Assembly: GCF_026210795.1 (NCBI RefSeq)
Contig: NC_089429.1
Span: 4,960,001 to 5,024,000 of the forward strand
DNA from: Rhizophagus irregularis
Taxonomy: Eukaryota
Direction of reading: 5' to 3'
Length of the DNA: 64,000 nt
Shown: piece by piece, positions 49,375 through 63,018 of the stretch
How the letters are laid out: the number at the start of each line of letters is the position of its first letter
How positions within the stretch are numbered: the first letter of the stretch is position 1
The notes under the pieces: generated by a model
Database searches by the model: none
What the model was told of the DNA's origin: nothing
What the model saw: the letters and a program-made list of their open reading frames with translations, nothing else
Made by a program: the position numbers and the translations under genes

Positions 49375-49873
49375 AACACAAATAAGGATTTATGTATTGA
49401 ATATAGTATTTGTTTATTATGATTTACCATTCTATTTGACATTTTTTTGTTACACAGTAGATTAGGAATTTTGAATTTAGAAAATATTGTTGGAATGTTA
49501 AGAACAAAATGAATTAGAACGATGTTAGTTATTTAAAGTTTTATCGAAAAGATGAATCGCTTATTTATCATAATATCTTCTTTATTAAAAAAGAATGAAC
49601 AACGACATTAATACATTCATGGATCAATGTGGAGCTAGGTCGGGTTCATAATCTCATTACCATAAACTTTTTCCTTTATATTATTCTTTTTCTCAATATT
49701 CGCAAATTTTTTTTAGATACGTTTTGTACGATAGCAAAAACTAGGTCAACATTTAGCTACAACGAAACAGAAAAATTAAATATCCGATTGTTTATTATAT
49801 AAATAAAGATCCGCTGGATTAATCAAGGCGTTCAGCTACAATGAAATAAATTATAACAGGATCCGGTGAATTA

Positions 49874-50073
49874 TAGCAATATCCAAAATAAACGGGACAC
49901 TTGAAAATTTTGTTGCCGAGATGTCGGCATGCCGGGTTTCTGGTCATCCAATCAATTTTATAAAGAGGCAATATCACGTGATTATTATGTAAAATGATTG
50001 GACCCGACAACCTGATACCCAACAAGTTCTCGGCAAAAATTTTCAAGTGTCTTGTTTATTTTGGATATTACTG
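49874..50073. mobile_element. Tc1/mariner-type MITE (200 bp)
   Basis: ~45-bp imperfect TIR (CAGTAATATCCAAAATAAACAAGACACTTGAAAATTTT), flanked by TA on both sides. Confidence 0.8.
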
Positions 50074-50290
50074 TAATAAACGAATTTAATTAGAAATACG
50101 ATTCAACTGCCGTAAATAATCCGTCACGGATTGAAATCACATAAATTTATCCGACATCCGTATTTTATTAAATTGTGCAATCCGTATATCAGATTACAGA
50201 TATCCGAGTTATTCGTGACCATTTTAACAACCATTTTGTGATCATAAGTATGACGTAGGTTTATCTTTGACCATAGTAAATGGTAAATGG

Positions 50291-50918
50291 TAGAGATGCA
50301 GTTGGAACTCGATCACATTGGGATGAGCCGTATCACAACTGAGTTATAACTAGTTATAACTCTTTACTTTAAGATACGGCAAATTGGAACTGGTAAATCC
50401 GCCGTAACTGGTATATGTGCCGTAATTGGTATATGTTGCCGTAACTGGTATATGTGCCGTAAACTGGTATATGTGCAGTAAATAGTCACAAAACTTGTGT
50501 GTAATATTTATTAAAATTTAAATTTTCTTGAAAACATATTTACATACTTTATTTTATACTTTATAATATATCATATCATTCTAATTATTCATTCTTTTTC
50601 TCCTTCATTACTAATAAAATTATTGTTCCATGAAATTTATAATCAAAGAAGTTATTTAAATCAGTATGGAAACTTTAAATTTTTATAACAAATTCGGAGA
50701 GATTTAAAAAATTTATACTGTTAAGCTATGTATACCATTAAACTATTTTATGCTATCTACTTAGACTATTTATATTCTACGGCGTCATTGGCCACAGTAA
50801 AAGTTACGGCATTAATAACATTAACGGCACATTGGGTTTCACACGGTTTTGCAAAAACTGTGGTCACAATCCGCTATATGCCGGCCAATTCATTGGGACA
50901 GTTCCAACTGCATCACTA
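50291..50918. mobile_element. Non-autonomous hAT element (628 bp)
   Basis: TIR TAGWGATGCAGTTGGAACT (18/19); exact 8-bp TSD GTAAATGG (50283-50290 / 50919-50926); GCCGTAACTGGTATATGT x4 at 50401-50476. Confidence 0.92.
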
Positions 50919-51001
50919 GTAAATGGGAAGAAATTATTAATATATATCATGATTCAGAACCAGGAAATTAATTTTAAAAAAAACAACCACAATACAACAT
51001 A

Positions 51002-51110
51002 CATGCTGAAATAATCTCGAAATGGAATTGATAGATTGGAAATTACCGTTTCATACTGTAACGATTATTAAAGTGAAAGATAGTAATGAAATCATTGGAG
51101 GATATAATCT
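51002..51110 (+). pseudogene. TLDc-domain gene fragment
   Basis: HAEIISKW.IDRLEIT and HTVTIIKVKDSNEIIGGYN, with a frameshift and an internal deletion. Confidence 0.65.
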
Positions 51111-51111
51111 G

Positions 51112-51900
51112 ATTTTATTTTATTTTATTTTATTTTTATGGTAACGCGCATTTCATTCTTTAAATGCATAGCAGTATAAAATTATACATTATCTACCAAC
51201 CCATATTCTATATGGTTGTATTATGTAAAAAAATATATAACACTTTTGTAACCCTATTTAAAACTATATTAACACTATGTTTGATTTACTTTTTTTGTTT
51301 ATTCTTGCCTTTCTTCTTATTTAACGATCTCTCCTTTTCTGCATTAACAAATATCATGAAGTCAGCGCTAATTGCTCGGCAAGGTTATCCGACCCACCAC
51401 AAAAGACACAAGTGGAAAATGATGGTATAAAAGAAGGCAAGAAGCGTGTCTTGAATCCTTCATTCGATACAGTTCTTTGCTCAATTATTGCAGGAATCAC
51501 TTCGTTCTTACCTTGGTGTTCTAACCACGAGCTTGCTAAAACCCTGGCATACTTACACTGTATGAACGCAATTATTCATTTCTTTCATCATTTTTATTTT
51601 AGCGTCTAAATAATGAAAATATTTGTGCATTGCTTTCCCTTCTTCAGTTCCACAAATGTCAATATGACCGTTGTTGATTAATGAGGATTGTATAATTTCT
51701 TGATATCTTTCTTCTTTTCTAAAATCGTTGATGATATCCACTACTCTTTCGGTGTAATATTTTCTTTAATTGGATTTGATATCGATTCCGGAGCCTCTTC
51801 ATCGAGACATCTCTTCATGTATTTTTGATCGTATCTGTGGATATAATCTGATTTATGGAAAACTTTCTTTCGTTATGATACTACTAATGACACCTTGTTA
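51112..51900 (-). mobile_element. Probable non-LTR retroelement relic
   Basis: (TAAAA)n tail on the minus strand at 51112-51139 next to broken ORF pieces (51553-51741); family not identified. Confidence 0.4.
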
Positions 51901-52078
51901 ACATTTTATAACTTACTTATAACCGGGAGTGTCTTAATTCAAAAGGAACGACTAAGTAAATTTAGGGTTAAAAATTATTTAGTCTTCTTAACATGTTGTT
52001 TCTCATCTATAATGCTACTTGAATTATATACTCATAATTAATTTTAGCAAATTGTAGTACTAAATTGTATATAAAATC

Positions 52079-52288
52079 TTTGCAAAAATAACGGACCACC
52101 TAATTCAATTTTCGACTGCGTATAAAATTTTCATACGCAGAGTTATACACGCATAGTATAGAATTATTGTGATATAACTGCGGGATGACTGATATGAAAA
52201 TTCAAAATGAGTTTAGATGACTGCGTATGAAAATTTCATACGCAGTCGAAAATCGAATTAGGTGGTCCGTTATTTTTGCAAATAGCTG
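52079..52288. mobile_element. Tc1/mariner-type foldback MITE
   Basis: 62-bp inverted repeat with 2 mismatches (52079-52140 / 52221-52282); the right end extends to ...TAGCTG|TA and the left tip is degenerate. Confidence 0.85.
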
Positions 52289-53061
52289 TATTTTATTCGT
52301 GATATATTTACAAATAAATAATTTTCTGCGATAATGACATATATTGTAAACAAATAGTTTTCCAGCTATCCAGGCTATTAAATGTTTTAATTAATCATAT
52401 GTTTCTTCACATATAAAATAAATTTATACAAATTCATTTACAGTAATTTTCCTGTTTTGAAGAAGATAATATGATGTTGAAGTCAACATTTACCCTTTCG
52501 AGTTAACATCAACGCTTCTAGAAGATTAGTTATAATGAATAAAAGATAAACTAGTAATAATTCTGAAACATACATATTATGGTAGTAATGAAATTATTTT
52601 ATTTTTTTGTCACGAATTATTAATACTCAAACATTTTCATGAGAGTTTATTAATTTTTTTGCCATTTTGAATCCAAAATTTATTTTTTTTTTCAAGCTCA
52701 TTTTATTACTTACTTGTTTTTTCTTACCAACGTGCGGTAAGTACTAAAAATATTACCGAGAAATGGGCCTTATTTTTAATACATTTTTAACTGGTTCGAT
52801 CAGACTGTCAGACTGATGATTATGATTATAGAAGTCATTTATTTATTTGATAAAAATAACGTTCTTAAGGAGAGAAAAGAGAATGATCACACAATTATCA
52901 CACTAGATAGTTATTTTATTATCAAATATAAATTTATATTTAATTTACAAAATTTTATTTATTAAAATCAAGATTTCTTGATATCTTTAGAAAGAATAAA
53001 AATTTTTTTCACATAATATAACATAAAGTCGAAAATAATTTTTGATTCCTTTTTTATTAAA

Positions 53062-56000
53062 TTAAATTTGTAATGAATAATGTATACTCAAATCACTATT
53101 ATTATCAACGCTATTACTACTATGTGTTATATCATTTTCAAATGTATTCTCACAAATTTCCATTTCATTTGTATTCATATTGATTAATTTTAGATCAGAT
53201 AGTACTTGCTGAATATTTGGTCTATCATCCGGATTATCTTCCCAACATTCTAAAACAAGTATGAATAAAAAAAAAGAATTAATATTTATAAATAAGATAC
53301 CAAAATTTAATAATGAAGCATCTTACTTTTATAAATATTTAAATAATCGATTGGCGTACCAGCGACTGGCGTCTCTCTTTTTCCACTTAAAATTTCCACC
53401 ATTAATTTTGGTTGTTGATGAAAAGTATCGTAAGACTCGAATGGTATTAGTCCAGATGATATCTCCCATAGGAGTACACCAACACTATATACATCCGATT
53501 TCTTGTTTGCTTTATATTTTTTATCATCATCTGTTTTATTATTTAAAAGTTGTGGATCAATATAAGGAAGCATTCCGATAACATTTTTCTTATTTGATAC
53601 TTCTGCTATTCTACGTGAAAGTCCAAAGTCAGCTATTTTAATCATATTTTGATGAATTAATATATTTTTAGAATGCTAATTAATAAATAAAAATTGGAAT
53701 TTAATACTTTGATTTGTTTATGTAGAATGATAGTTGAAAATATACTAACTAAATCACGATGAATAATATCTTTCTTGTGCATAAAGGTGACTGCACTAGC
53801 AATTTGAACGGCGAATTGTAATTTAATATCCCAATCTAATCCATTAAAATTTTTTTTTAAATAATTTCTCAATGTATCGCTATCTGCATATTCAAGAATA
53901 AGCAAATAATCTGAATTTATATTATCTTCGTTATCTAAAATAAAATTAATTAATTTTATCAAATCTTTTTTTTTAAAAAAAAAAAGATATTATTATATTT
54001 AAGATATTACTTACTTTTAGTCCATTTAGTAATACCAAAAAATTGAATAATATTTTTATGTAAATTAACTTTATTCAATAACATTATCTGAAAAAGTATG
54101 AAAAATATATTTTTTGAAAAATAATTAACAATTAATAATATATAATTGGATAAACTTATTCGTAACATCCTGTTACACATCTTATCTGTAACTACCTCGA
54201 AAAGTTAGGTCGGATAAAATAATTTATATGTATTTTTATTTCGTTTTTTTTGTTTTTTTTTAATAAATTTATTATAAATTTTATTATTGTAAAAAATCAT
54301 ATGACTGAACGCGGGTGGCTTAGAATTATACGGTAATGATCATCCGCGCAAAAATAAAATAAGCAGTACAAGTATTAACGCACAATTGTTTAAACTTCGT
54401 CCTTTATCTAAAGAAACTTAACTCTTCTATAAACGTCAACGATTTCTGCAAACATGATATATACAGTATCATTATATAAGTGTCAAAAACGAATCAAGAT
54501 AAAGAAATACAATGAAAAGATAATATTACCGATTCTGACACCTCGCACTATTATGTCCTGCTTGACCGCACGTTTTGCAGGTATATTTTGCGCAAGACTT
54601 TTTTTCGGTTGATGATTTAAACCTCTTTGTTCCTGGGCGTCCTTTACGCCGCGAAACTAATGGATTTTCAACTTGTTGAAGTTCATTTTCTTTATTATCA
54701 TCAACTTGGACTTCAGAACGTTCCATAAGTTCTTGGTTTCGCGTGATTATTATTTCCTTGTGTCGAATAATAAACTGTTTTAACCAACCAACCATTTCAT
54801 TATGACTGTCAAGTTCAACAGAAAGTTGAGCTGCCTGTCGCGCAAGTCCCCATACTTCTCCATATTTGACCTTTTTCTTTGCCGCACAACGTAAAGCATT
54901 AGTAACGGTTGTAGGAACAGTAGAAGGATTTGGAGTGAATACTACACCCGAAAAATTTTGAGCAGCTTCTGTGTTTACAAAACAACAAGTTTCTGCTGCT
55001 GCGTCCTTATCTTTCTGATTATCGATATACCACCTCGAAGGTATCATTTGGATTTGAAATCCTGCAACTTGTGAAGTCATCATTATTCGAAAGTAGTGGC
55101 GACATATAATGCCGCGGGATATATTAGACATGCACGAACAAAGGTAAGAAATGGAATCGATTATCACCACGAAATATATATGCTTTTTGTTTTCAGGTCG
55201 CATATCGGTAATCTTCCATACTTCTTGAATGTTTTCTTCACCAACTTCAGCAATCATTGACTTCAACAGAATTTGCTTAGCATCATATGAATCTTCAACA
55301 CATCCTTCCATTACACCAACTTCTGGATCCTATATAGCAATAGTATTAGATTTCGTTAACATTTCAACATATAAAAAAGACACTAAATACCTCAACAATA
55401 TTTGGTTCCACTTGACTTGGTACAAAGTAAAGGCATTGTGCCATTTCCATACGCTCAGCAGACAATATTTGTGGGGTTAGGTATTCAGTCATTATTTTAT
55501 CGACTTCGGGAAAAAGGTCTTGACTAACCGTTGTAATCCCCACGCAAGTTGATAAAGTGCGGTACTCAAAAAACCGATTCCATTGAGCTTCATATTTAAA
55601 CCATGCATCAAGAGCATCTGCGAGACCGCATAATGTACTGTTTGCTGACAACTCACGCTTGATTATATTATTGTAACTTTCGACGCGGGAAGTAGTTTGA
55701 ATTCCTGCGGTAAAAATTTTTGACGTAAATGCACGAGCCCACGCTTGACGGCTAGGATAAAGAGCTCTCATCAGGTAATCCTTTATACTAGGATATTTTT
55801 CTATAAGCTTAGACCACCTTTCATAAAAAAGTTCTTCACACAAACTGTTACGACATGAAAAAAAGCTCTGAACGAAACTTTCATATTGATCGCTGAGCTT
55901 TGATTTAACACTCTTTGGTAGATTTTCGCTGATATGGAAAATGCAATGAATCGGGTGAGTTGTCTCGTATATTTGTGTGATCGCTGCGTCCATGGCGGGA

Positions 56001-57997
56001 TCGGCATCTGTGACGAACACTAAAGGTTCTGTCATTGTTGCTTTTTTTGTGCACTCCAAAATCCATTTATAAGATTCTACCGATTCGTCAGATACAAGGG
56101 CTTGAGCTACAAGTCGTGATTTAGTATTGTTATCAACGACAAGGAAAAGTGATAATGGCATTTGATAACGGTTGGTCTTAGCGGTATTATCGTTTAAAAT
56201 AACATCATGATACTCTAACCAAAGAGTAATTTGGGACGGAGACATCCAAAAAAGCCGAGTAAGTCTCTTATCTTGATCAAGCTGAAAATCAACGAACCAT
56301 CCGGGATCGTTTGACTTATGCTCAATTAGTATTTTTAGTAAGCGAGATGCATCATGGATTACATCTGGCCTAACCTTATATTTTTGTATTGCATTAGAGA
56401 GATCACAGTCGAGAATAGATATAGTCGGAAATTTTGCCTTCAACAACTTTCGTTAAGTGGTAATCGGTAAATTTCCATGTTCGGTGAGAAATTGGACTTC
56501 TTTAAGGACATCATCAGGAATGCAACGGTATTTTGATGAATAATTTTCAGTATCAGCAGGAAATAACGCATGGTTATGCAAATTATTGAAAGTGGTAAGA
56601 GATACGCTTTGAGAGTTTTGAGGGCAATTGAAATTTGCATTCCATGGACATTGCTGGCGTTTTGATTTACGATTTCAATGACTATTAATATCAACTTGTT
56701 TTTGTGGATGATAACGGCCGCCGAATTCACATCCAAAGCTACGATGTTTAATACTCCCATCTTCACGCCGACCTAATCGTTTCTTTATAATCGTAAATCC
56801 ATGTCTTTTGCCATAGGCTTCCATGATTCCGTCCACATCTCCCCACGACCTAAAGGTATCGCCTATGGAAAGATTTGTTGTAGTTGAATCTTCAAGGTAA
56901 AGTGATATTGTTTGTTAGTGCTTTTAGCCGATTGTTATATCTTTACATAGAGAAATTAATAATCATACCTTCACTTTCTAGGTTCTGAGGTACTATATCG
57001 CTCGGCTCAACCTGTTCTATATGAGAAAATGAAAAGTATGAATATTGCAAAATAAATTAGGTATATCATAAGAAACACAACATACCCATATTAGTATCAT
57101 CCTGGCATACTTTTCCTGATTCCTCTTCTGGGTTTGTATGTTCCAGAATAAGAAATGATATTGTACCTACTCAAAGTACATATATAAAGAACTTACATAC
57201 CCTCATGAGGTGTCATAAACATGATAATGGATTCTTGGATATTCAATTCAGATACGTCCATCTCGATATGATACTTCGTTTTGTAAAGGGTAAAAAAAAA
57301 GAACTTGTAAAAAAAAGACGAAGTAAATAAAGTGAGCGAAGTGTTATACCGTGAGAATAGTGTGAGAATTAATTAAAGATGATACGCGTGTAACAAGTGA
57401 CAAATAAAGGTAACAAATAAGTTTTTCAATAACGCGTCATCACGCGACTCGTGTAGCGTCACAATTACTACGTAATGTCACGGATTTGATATCATTTTGA
57501 CCAAAATTAACGCTAATTTTAGATTAATTGCAAGATTTAACACAAAAGTATAATTTCGGCCGGAATTAATGACACACTCTAAAAATTTCCTTTTTTGGAA
57601 CTTTGTGTAACACTTGTGCAGCGGGTTTCCCCAATTTTGATGGGGAAAATATTTCCTTTCTTGGAAATTTGTGTAATGTCACGTGACAATTCCGAGGTTG
57701 TTACAGATAAAAACGTGTAACAGGATGTTACAGATACATTTTTCCTATATAATTTATATAACTAACCTCATTAACAATTTCTTTCATAACACAGTTATTA
57801 AATTCAAAAGACTTTAATGCAACAACAGTGTCCGAACTTTCCCAAGTAGTTCGATAGACTCTACCGTATGCACCAAAACCTATACATTGAATTTCTTGAA
57901 ATTCATTATAATCATAGTAATTAATATAATCTTTAGTAATACCATCTTCAATCCATTGAACATATTTGTCTGTATCAGTATTTGAAATAGTCGTCAT
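53062..57997 (-). CDS. TKL protein kinase, 5 exons, MULE in intron 1
   Basis: Exons 57997-57767, 54087-54015, 53934-53750, 53675-53327 and 53249-53062 splice in frame. Motifs GFGAYG, VALK, HRDLHSKN, DFG, DVYSVG. Confidence 0.85.
54162..57731 (-). mobile_element. Mutator-like (MULE) DNA transposon, 3570 bp
   Basis: ~39-bp imperfect TIRs starting GTAACATCCTGTTACAC around a transposase gene; no clean TSD. Confidence 0.9.
54526..57261 (-). pseudogene. MULE transposase (FAR1-type DBD, DDE, SWIM, zinc knuckle) with one in-frame stop
   Basis: Motifs DNTAKTN, TDADPAM, CIFH, TTSRVES, CSC..CRH and [17 protein letters not shown] at 56455-56453 falls in PITT*RKLL. Several small introns are present. Confidence 0.88.
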
Positions 57998-58117
57998 TTT
58001 CTTAAAAAAATTAGTAATCAAAAAAAAAAAAAGAACGAACGAACGAATGAATAATGTTTCAAAATAGATGATCGTAGAAGAACGCATGAATATGTTTCAA
58101 ATTAGATGATCGTAATG

Positions 58118-59214
58118 TAGTGCTTCGACCCGGATGAAAACCGTCATCCGGATTACACAAAAAAAAAATCCGGATTATATCCGGATTGACCCAGATTTTG
58201 AATCCGGATCAGATAATCCGGATAGAAACCGGAAACCAGATTGGATTTACAAATGATCGGCAATAATTCTGGCCAGAATTCATAACGCCGACCAGAATTA
58301 CAAATTGTGTAACATTAAATTTTCATGCCAGCCGATAAAAAATTTTTTGCCCGGTGGCTAAACTATTTTCCCGGTGTCACGTGATGTTAATTTCGGCCAG
58401 AATTACAAATTTGGCCAAAATTATCCAAGACCACGAAATTTACATAATTCCAATTTCATTAAATACTTTTCTTTAAAACAATTTCATATTATTTCAGCAT
58501 TGTCTCAGACTATTGTTTAACATTTCTTTGTAAATTAACTAATTATGAAATTTTAAACAAGATATTTTTATATACAGCTAAAGATTACTATAAATAGATG
58601 TGTTGGGTTAGTAAGGCAATTTTTTAAGGATTTGTTTCTTCTTTCAAAAATTAAAGAATCATTTGAATCAAATTACATAACACTAGTTTTAATTTTTAAA
58701 AAAAGTTGTTATAATTATATAAATTTATAATATTGAACAATTTTTCATTTTAAAACAATAATTATTATTTTGTTGTAACAAAAATAATATAAAGTTTTGT
58801 TCTTTTGAACGTTTGAATGTGAAATCTAAAATTATTTGTTATTTGTTAATGTATAAATTTAAATAAACAAATCTGATACAAACTTCAATAAATAAATTAT
58901 AATTGAAAAATCTTCTTAAACTTACTGTATTAAAAAGTTTAATAACAAATATAAATTTAATAAATTTTAATAAAAAAATTGGTATTAGGCGCAAAAAATA
59001 ATTAGCCATAATATCATTTAGATATAGATCTTTATGGATCAGCAAAATTATTATTAATAAAAAAAAAATAATAAAAATTTCATCCGGATTCCGGGTCAAA
59101 CCGGATATTTTTCATCCGGTTTATAATCCGGATGAAAACCGTGAAAATCCGGATATCCGAAAAAAAAAAAATCCGGATCAATCCGGATTGATCCGGATAC
59201 GGGTCGAGGCACTA
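58118..59214. mobile_element. Non-autonomous hAT element (1097 bp)
   Basis: TIR TAGTGCYTCGACCCG (14/15); exact 8-bp TSD TCGTAATG (58110-58117 / 59215-59222); many ATCCGGAT subterminal palindromes. Confidence 0.93.
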
Positions 59215-59419
59215 TCGTAATGTAGCACATATTATACCAAGTAGATCCGTCACACTTGGCCGCAGCTATTCTTTCATCACGTGATGTTTCATCATATGAT
59301 TATAAATTTTCTTAACTAAATGATCAATGACAAATTCAGTAGTCGTGTAAAATCCTAATTTAGAGAAATTAGTAAGATAGTTTGGATAATAATAGCCTTT
59401 ATCTTATTTTATTTTGTAG

Positions 59420-59725
59420 GAACCACGGATGGCGAAAGTGGTGTTAATCCAAAGGTGTTGGTAGGAAAAGGGTGTAGGAAGTGGTTTTAATTTTCTTTTT
59501 TTCTGCGTCTTAGGATTTTTTTTTAGCTTCACCTTTTTCACTTCGTTTTTTATTTTCCTCCTGTCCTAATGGACATCCGACGTTTTTCCTTTCCAACTTA
59601 GTACCAACGCCCATTTACGCGTTTTTATGCTTGCTCGTAGGCTCTTTAACTTCTATTAGTTTAGATTCCTTTGCTTGCGATACGGTGTTACTATGTATTA
59701 AAAAATAAAAAATAAAAATAAAAAT
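59420..59725 (+). mobile_element. Possible retroposed 3' end with (TAAAAA)n tail
   Basis: GC-richer segment ending in TAAAAAATAAAAAATAAAAATAAAAAT at ~59699-59725. Confidence 0.35.
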
Positions 59726-60106
59726 CAATGTCAAGTTCATTTATACAAACAATTGCTTTCACTACATATTAGAGAAGACTTAACAACTCAGTAAATTGTT
59801 AAACACTTTGGTATTATTAGTAAATAAGCTGTTGATTGCTAATGTCAATATTTTAGAAAACATAGACGTGCAAGCTTCCTTTATTAGGTAGACCATGAAT
59901 TTTCAACTCTAATGACCTAAAATACCTTGAAGTTCTGCTCAAAGAAAGGGTTGACTAGTATTTGTATAAACTTCAATCAGAAATGGAACTTTGGATGGGA
60001 AGAAGTCCAAGTATTTCAACTTTACATAGACTTGGATATACACAATAAAGTATACTATAATTTTTATTCCAGAAACATTTATTTTAATAATTAACATAAA
60101 ATCATA

Positions 60107-61135
60107 TTTTTATTTTACTTTTTTATTTTTATTTTTATTTTTAATATGAAGACAGAAACAGGGGCGTTACAAAAGTTGGAGTTGATAACTTTACAAAAGC
60201 TACACTAAACTACCTATATATGAGCAACCATCCCAATTTCCAACCCCCGAAGGAGTCGTCCTGCTTAATATTGCTGAGAACTATTATGCATACCAGTTCT
60301 GTAATTCGAGCGAGAAATAGAAAATTAAGCCTATCTAAATTATAAAATAATGAAAAAAAAAAATCTGTAAATTGTTCATTATTATTTAAAAATCAATACT
60401 ATAATTAAAATCAGACAAAAATGAGATCCATCTCCAAACCATCAATAGAACTTACCACGAATTATCCAAGATACAATCGTCTGGAAACCTAAAAAAAGAA
60501 GAAATAAATAGCATTACCCTGTAAAAAATGTTGATCCGTGTTTTATATTTCCATGCTTTTTCCGTGAATGTACCATTTTCATGGAATTTTTACGAAAGCT
60601 AGAGGGAAATAATGGAAATATTCAAATAAAAAATTTTTTATAGGGTTAGTATGGTTATTAACACCAATAACGCTCACCCAAAGAAACTTACCGCAAAGTT
60701 GCCTAGTATCGTCTGATAGGGTACGAAAGAAGATGAACTAGTGTATTGAAGTGAAGTACCAGCCTGAGATGGATAATCAGCAAAATTATGGAGCGAAGTA
60801 GATCGCTCTGTCATATTCAATTGATGTTCATTATGGGATCTTGTGGATTGTTTGCGATGTCAGTAATTACGTTTCGAACGATTGGAAATGTTCCTTGATC
60901 GTTCCCATTTTTTTAGAGCTTCATTGTGCTGCGTCCAAATTTTATGATAGAGAATTTTAATTAGATAGGAAACAAATACGACGACTATTACTTTGTTAAG
61001 TGAAAATTTTCTTGTATATTTGTGAATAAGGTCTAATAGCAATTGGGAATAAATTGATACATGATAAGAAAAATAAGATGAGATTGATCAGTAACATTAG
61101 AGAAAATTTCACGTTGATTGATATCTTCTCGTAAG
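60107..61135 (-). mobile_element. 5'-truncated LINE fragment
   Basis: ORF2-like C-terminus KIWTQHNEALKKWERSRNIS (60860-61042), a 3' UTR hairpin and an A-rich tail at 60107-60142. Confidence 0.6.
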
Positions 61136-61940
61136 ACGTCCGGCGTCAGTTTAATCATATGATGATATTTAACTATTAGAAAAAGAAAATATCACATGAC
61201 AGTCTGACACCCGACATACTGTCGGTTCAAAATTTTATTTTGTCCCACATCTTATGAAAATAGCTGTAAATTGAAAATCCGTACGAAAATCCAGATTTCG
61301 TCGGATTCATCTAGATTAAATAACTGCTAGTTAATTCGGATTTTATCGACTACAATTATTGTGGACCGCCGTGTGTAAATCAGTATTATGCGTACTCCAG
61401 CGCTGACTCAGATTCTGACTAGTGCTTTTTCAGGGTAACCTGTTTGATCCTATTTATAGGTATGATAATGAATATAACATTAAATGTAATTAATATTTTT
61501 AAATTAGTTAACTGAGTTCCAGAATTCAGATTCATCCGTTAAAATTCTTAAGAAATAAATATAAATAAATTTTCGTCCAACTTGGTTCTCATTCTCTTAA
61601 AATAAGTATTATTTATATTATAATTGGATGAAATTAATTAAATAAAATTTAATATTAGCAAATTCATATCAAATGTCAACTGTAATAAGAGTATTTTCGC
61701 AAACACGAATCCGCCAGTAATCTGTCTATAATAAAACTCTAGAATTAAACAAATTAAACATTACAAACATAAATATAAATAATTAACCGATAAAAGTACT
61801 ATGCCTTTAATTTTTTATAAATATTTAGCACGAAGTAGCATTAAATTTTTTAGATCGGTAAAATGGGCAAAATGCAGATAGTTTGAAGTATAAAAAGCAA
61901 AAGGAAAAGAAAATAAATAAAATTTTACCAATTTATTATT

Positions 61941-62230
61941 GTGGTTTCAAAATTATTGAAATTGATAAAATTTTTCGGTGTAATTTTTTTTTTTCGGGAT
62001 ATTTTACGTACATTCTATGCATATTTTCCATATACCTACCCGGATAATTTCCGAATGAAGACTGTGTTTCGTGTTTTATATTTTGTGTTGTGCATTTGTG
62101 TTTTGTGTTTTACGTACAGAAATTGTATGAACAATATTCTGAAAATGTATGTAAAATGCACAAAAAATGTACGAGGAAAAATTCACACTATATGAAAATT
62201 TTATCAATTTCAATAATTTTTGAAAACCAC
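61941..62230. mobile_element. MITE with ~35-bp TIRs
   Basis: GTGGTTTCAAAATTATTGAAATTGATAAAATTTT matches the inverted right end with two 1-nt indels; no clear TSD. Confidence 0.7.
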
Positions 62231-63018
62231 GATAATCATTATATAGCGATTTGATTAAAATTTCGCATAACATTTTTTTAATTGTATTTTATTTATAGCT
62301 AAACGTAAAGAACAAAGTATGCTTCGCTTTATTCATAAAAATACGTAGAATATTAGATAAATATTCGAAATCCATATCAGGATATTTAGTATTAATAATC
62401 CATACACGCATTCTTTTTTTTCCATTCATGTATGGAAATTACACATGTAGAAAACATTCACAATTCTAATGCATGTTATACCCAAGTTTACTTAATGGAT
62501 TAAAGTCATTATTAATAAAGAAAGCTTCACTATAAATAAATTACCTTTAAATCATCACTCAACGTTTTGAGGCACAGCATAATGTAGATTTTTAATTTAT
62601 TTAATAGTATTTATATAATAGTATAGAATAGTATAGAAACAATTCTTTAATTAGTACATTGGTAAAAGTTTCATAGTATTATGTTAAATATTATTGTATT
62701 TTATTTATCTCTTTTAAAAAATCTTACACATAAATATAAAATAGCCTATTTTCCAAAATTTGATATTATAAAATAAAATTACTGATGAAAATAAGTATGT
62801 CAAGTATAATAATAACATTTTATATCTAGCTTAATAATAACTAAATAACTGGTATAGTAGAAAAGCTTTGATTACATTCGTTACTAACATAGTTTTACAT
62901 TAACAGAGTATATTTTAAGTATCTTTTAAGTTTGAAATTATCTAGAACATACTGGTAATGTTTTTCAAAACTTATACCTTCTTTTTTACATAACAAAAAT
63001 GTATAAACAAATAAAAGA

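Noticed and set aside
54149..54161. MULE target-site duplication
   Set aside because: Flanks GATAAACTTATTC and AGATACATTTTTCC do not give a clean 9-10-bp match.
56453..56455. RIP-type CpA to TpA change creating the MULE stop
   Set aside because: A single inferred event; the rest of the element keeps long open frames.
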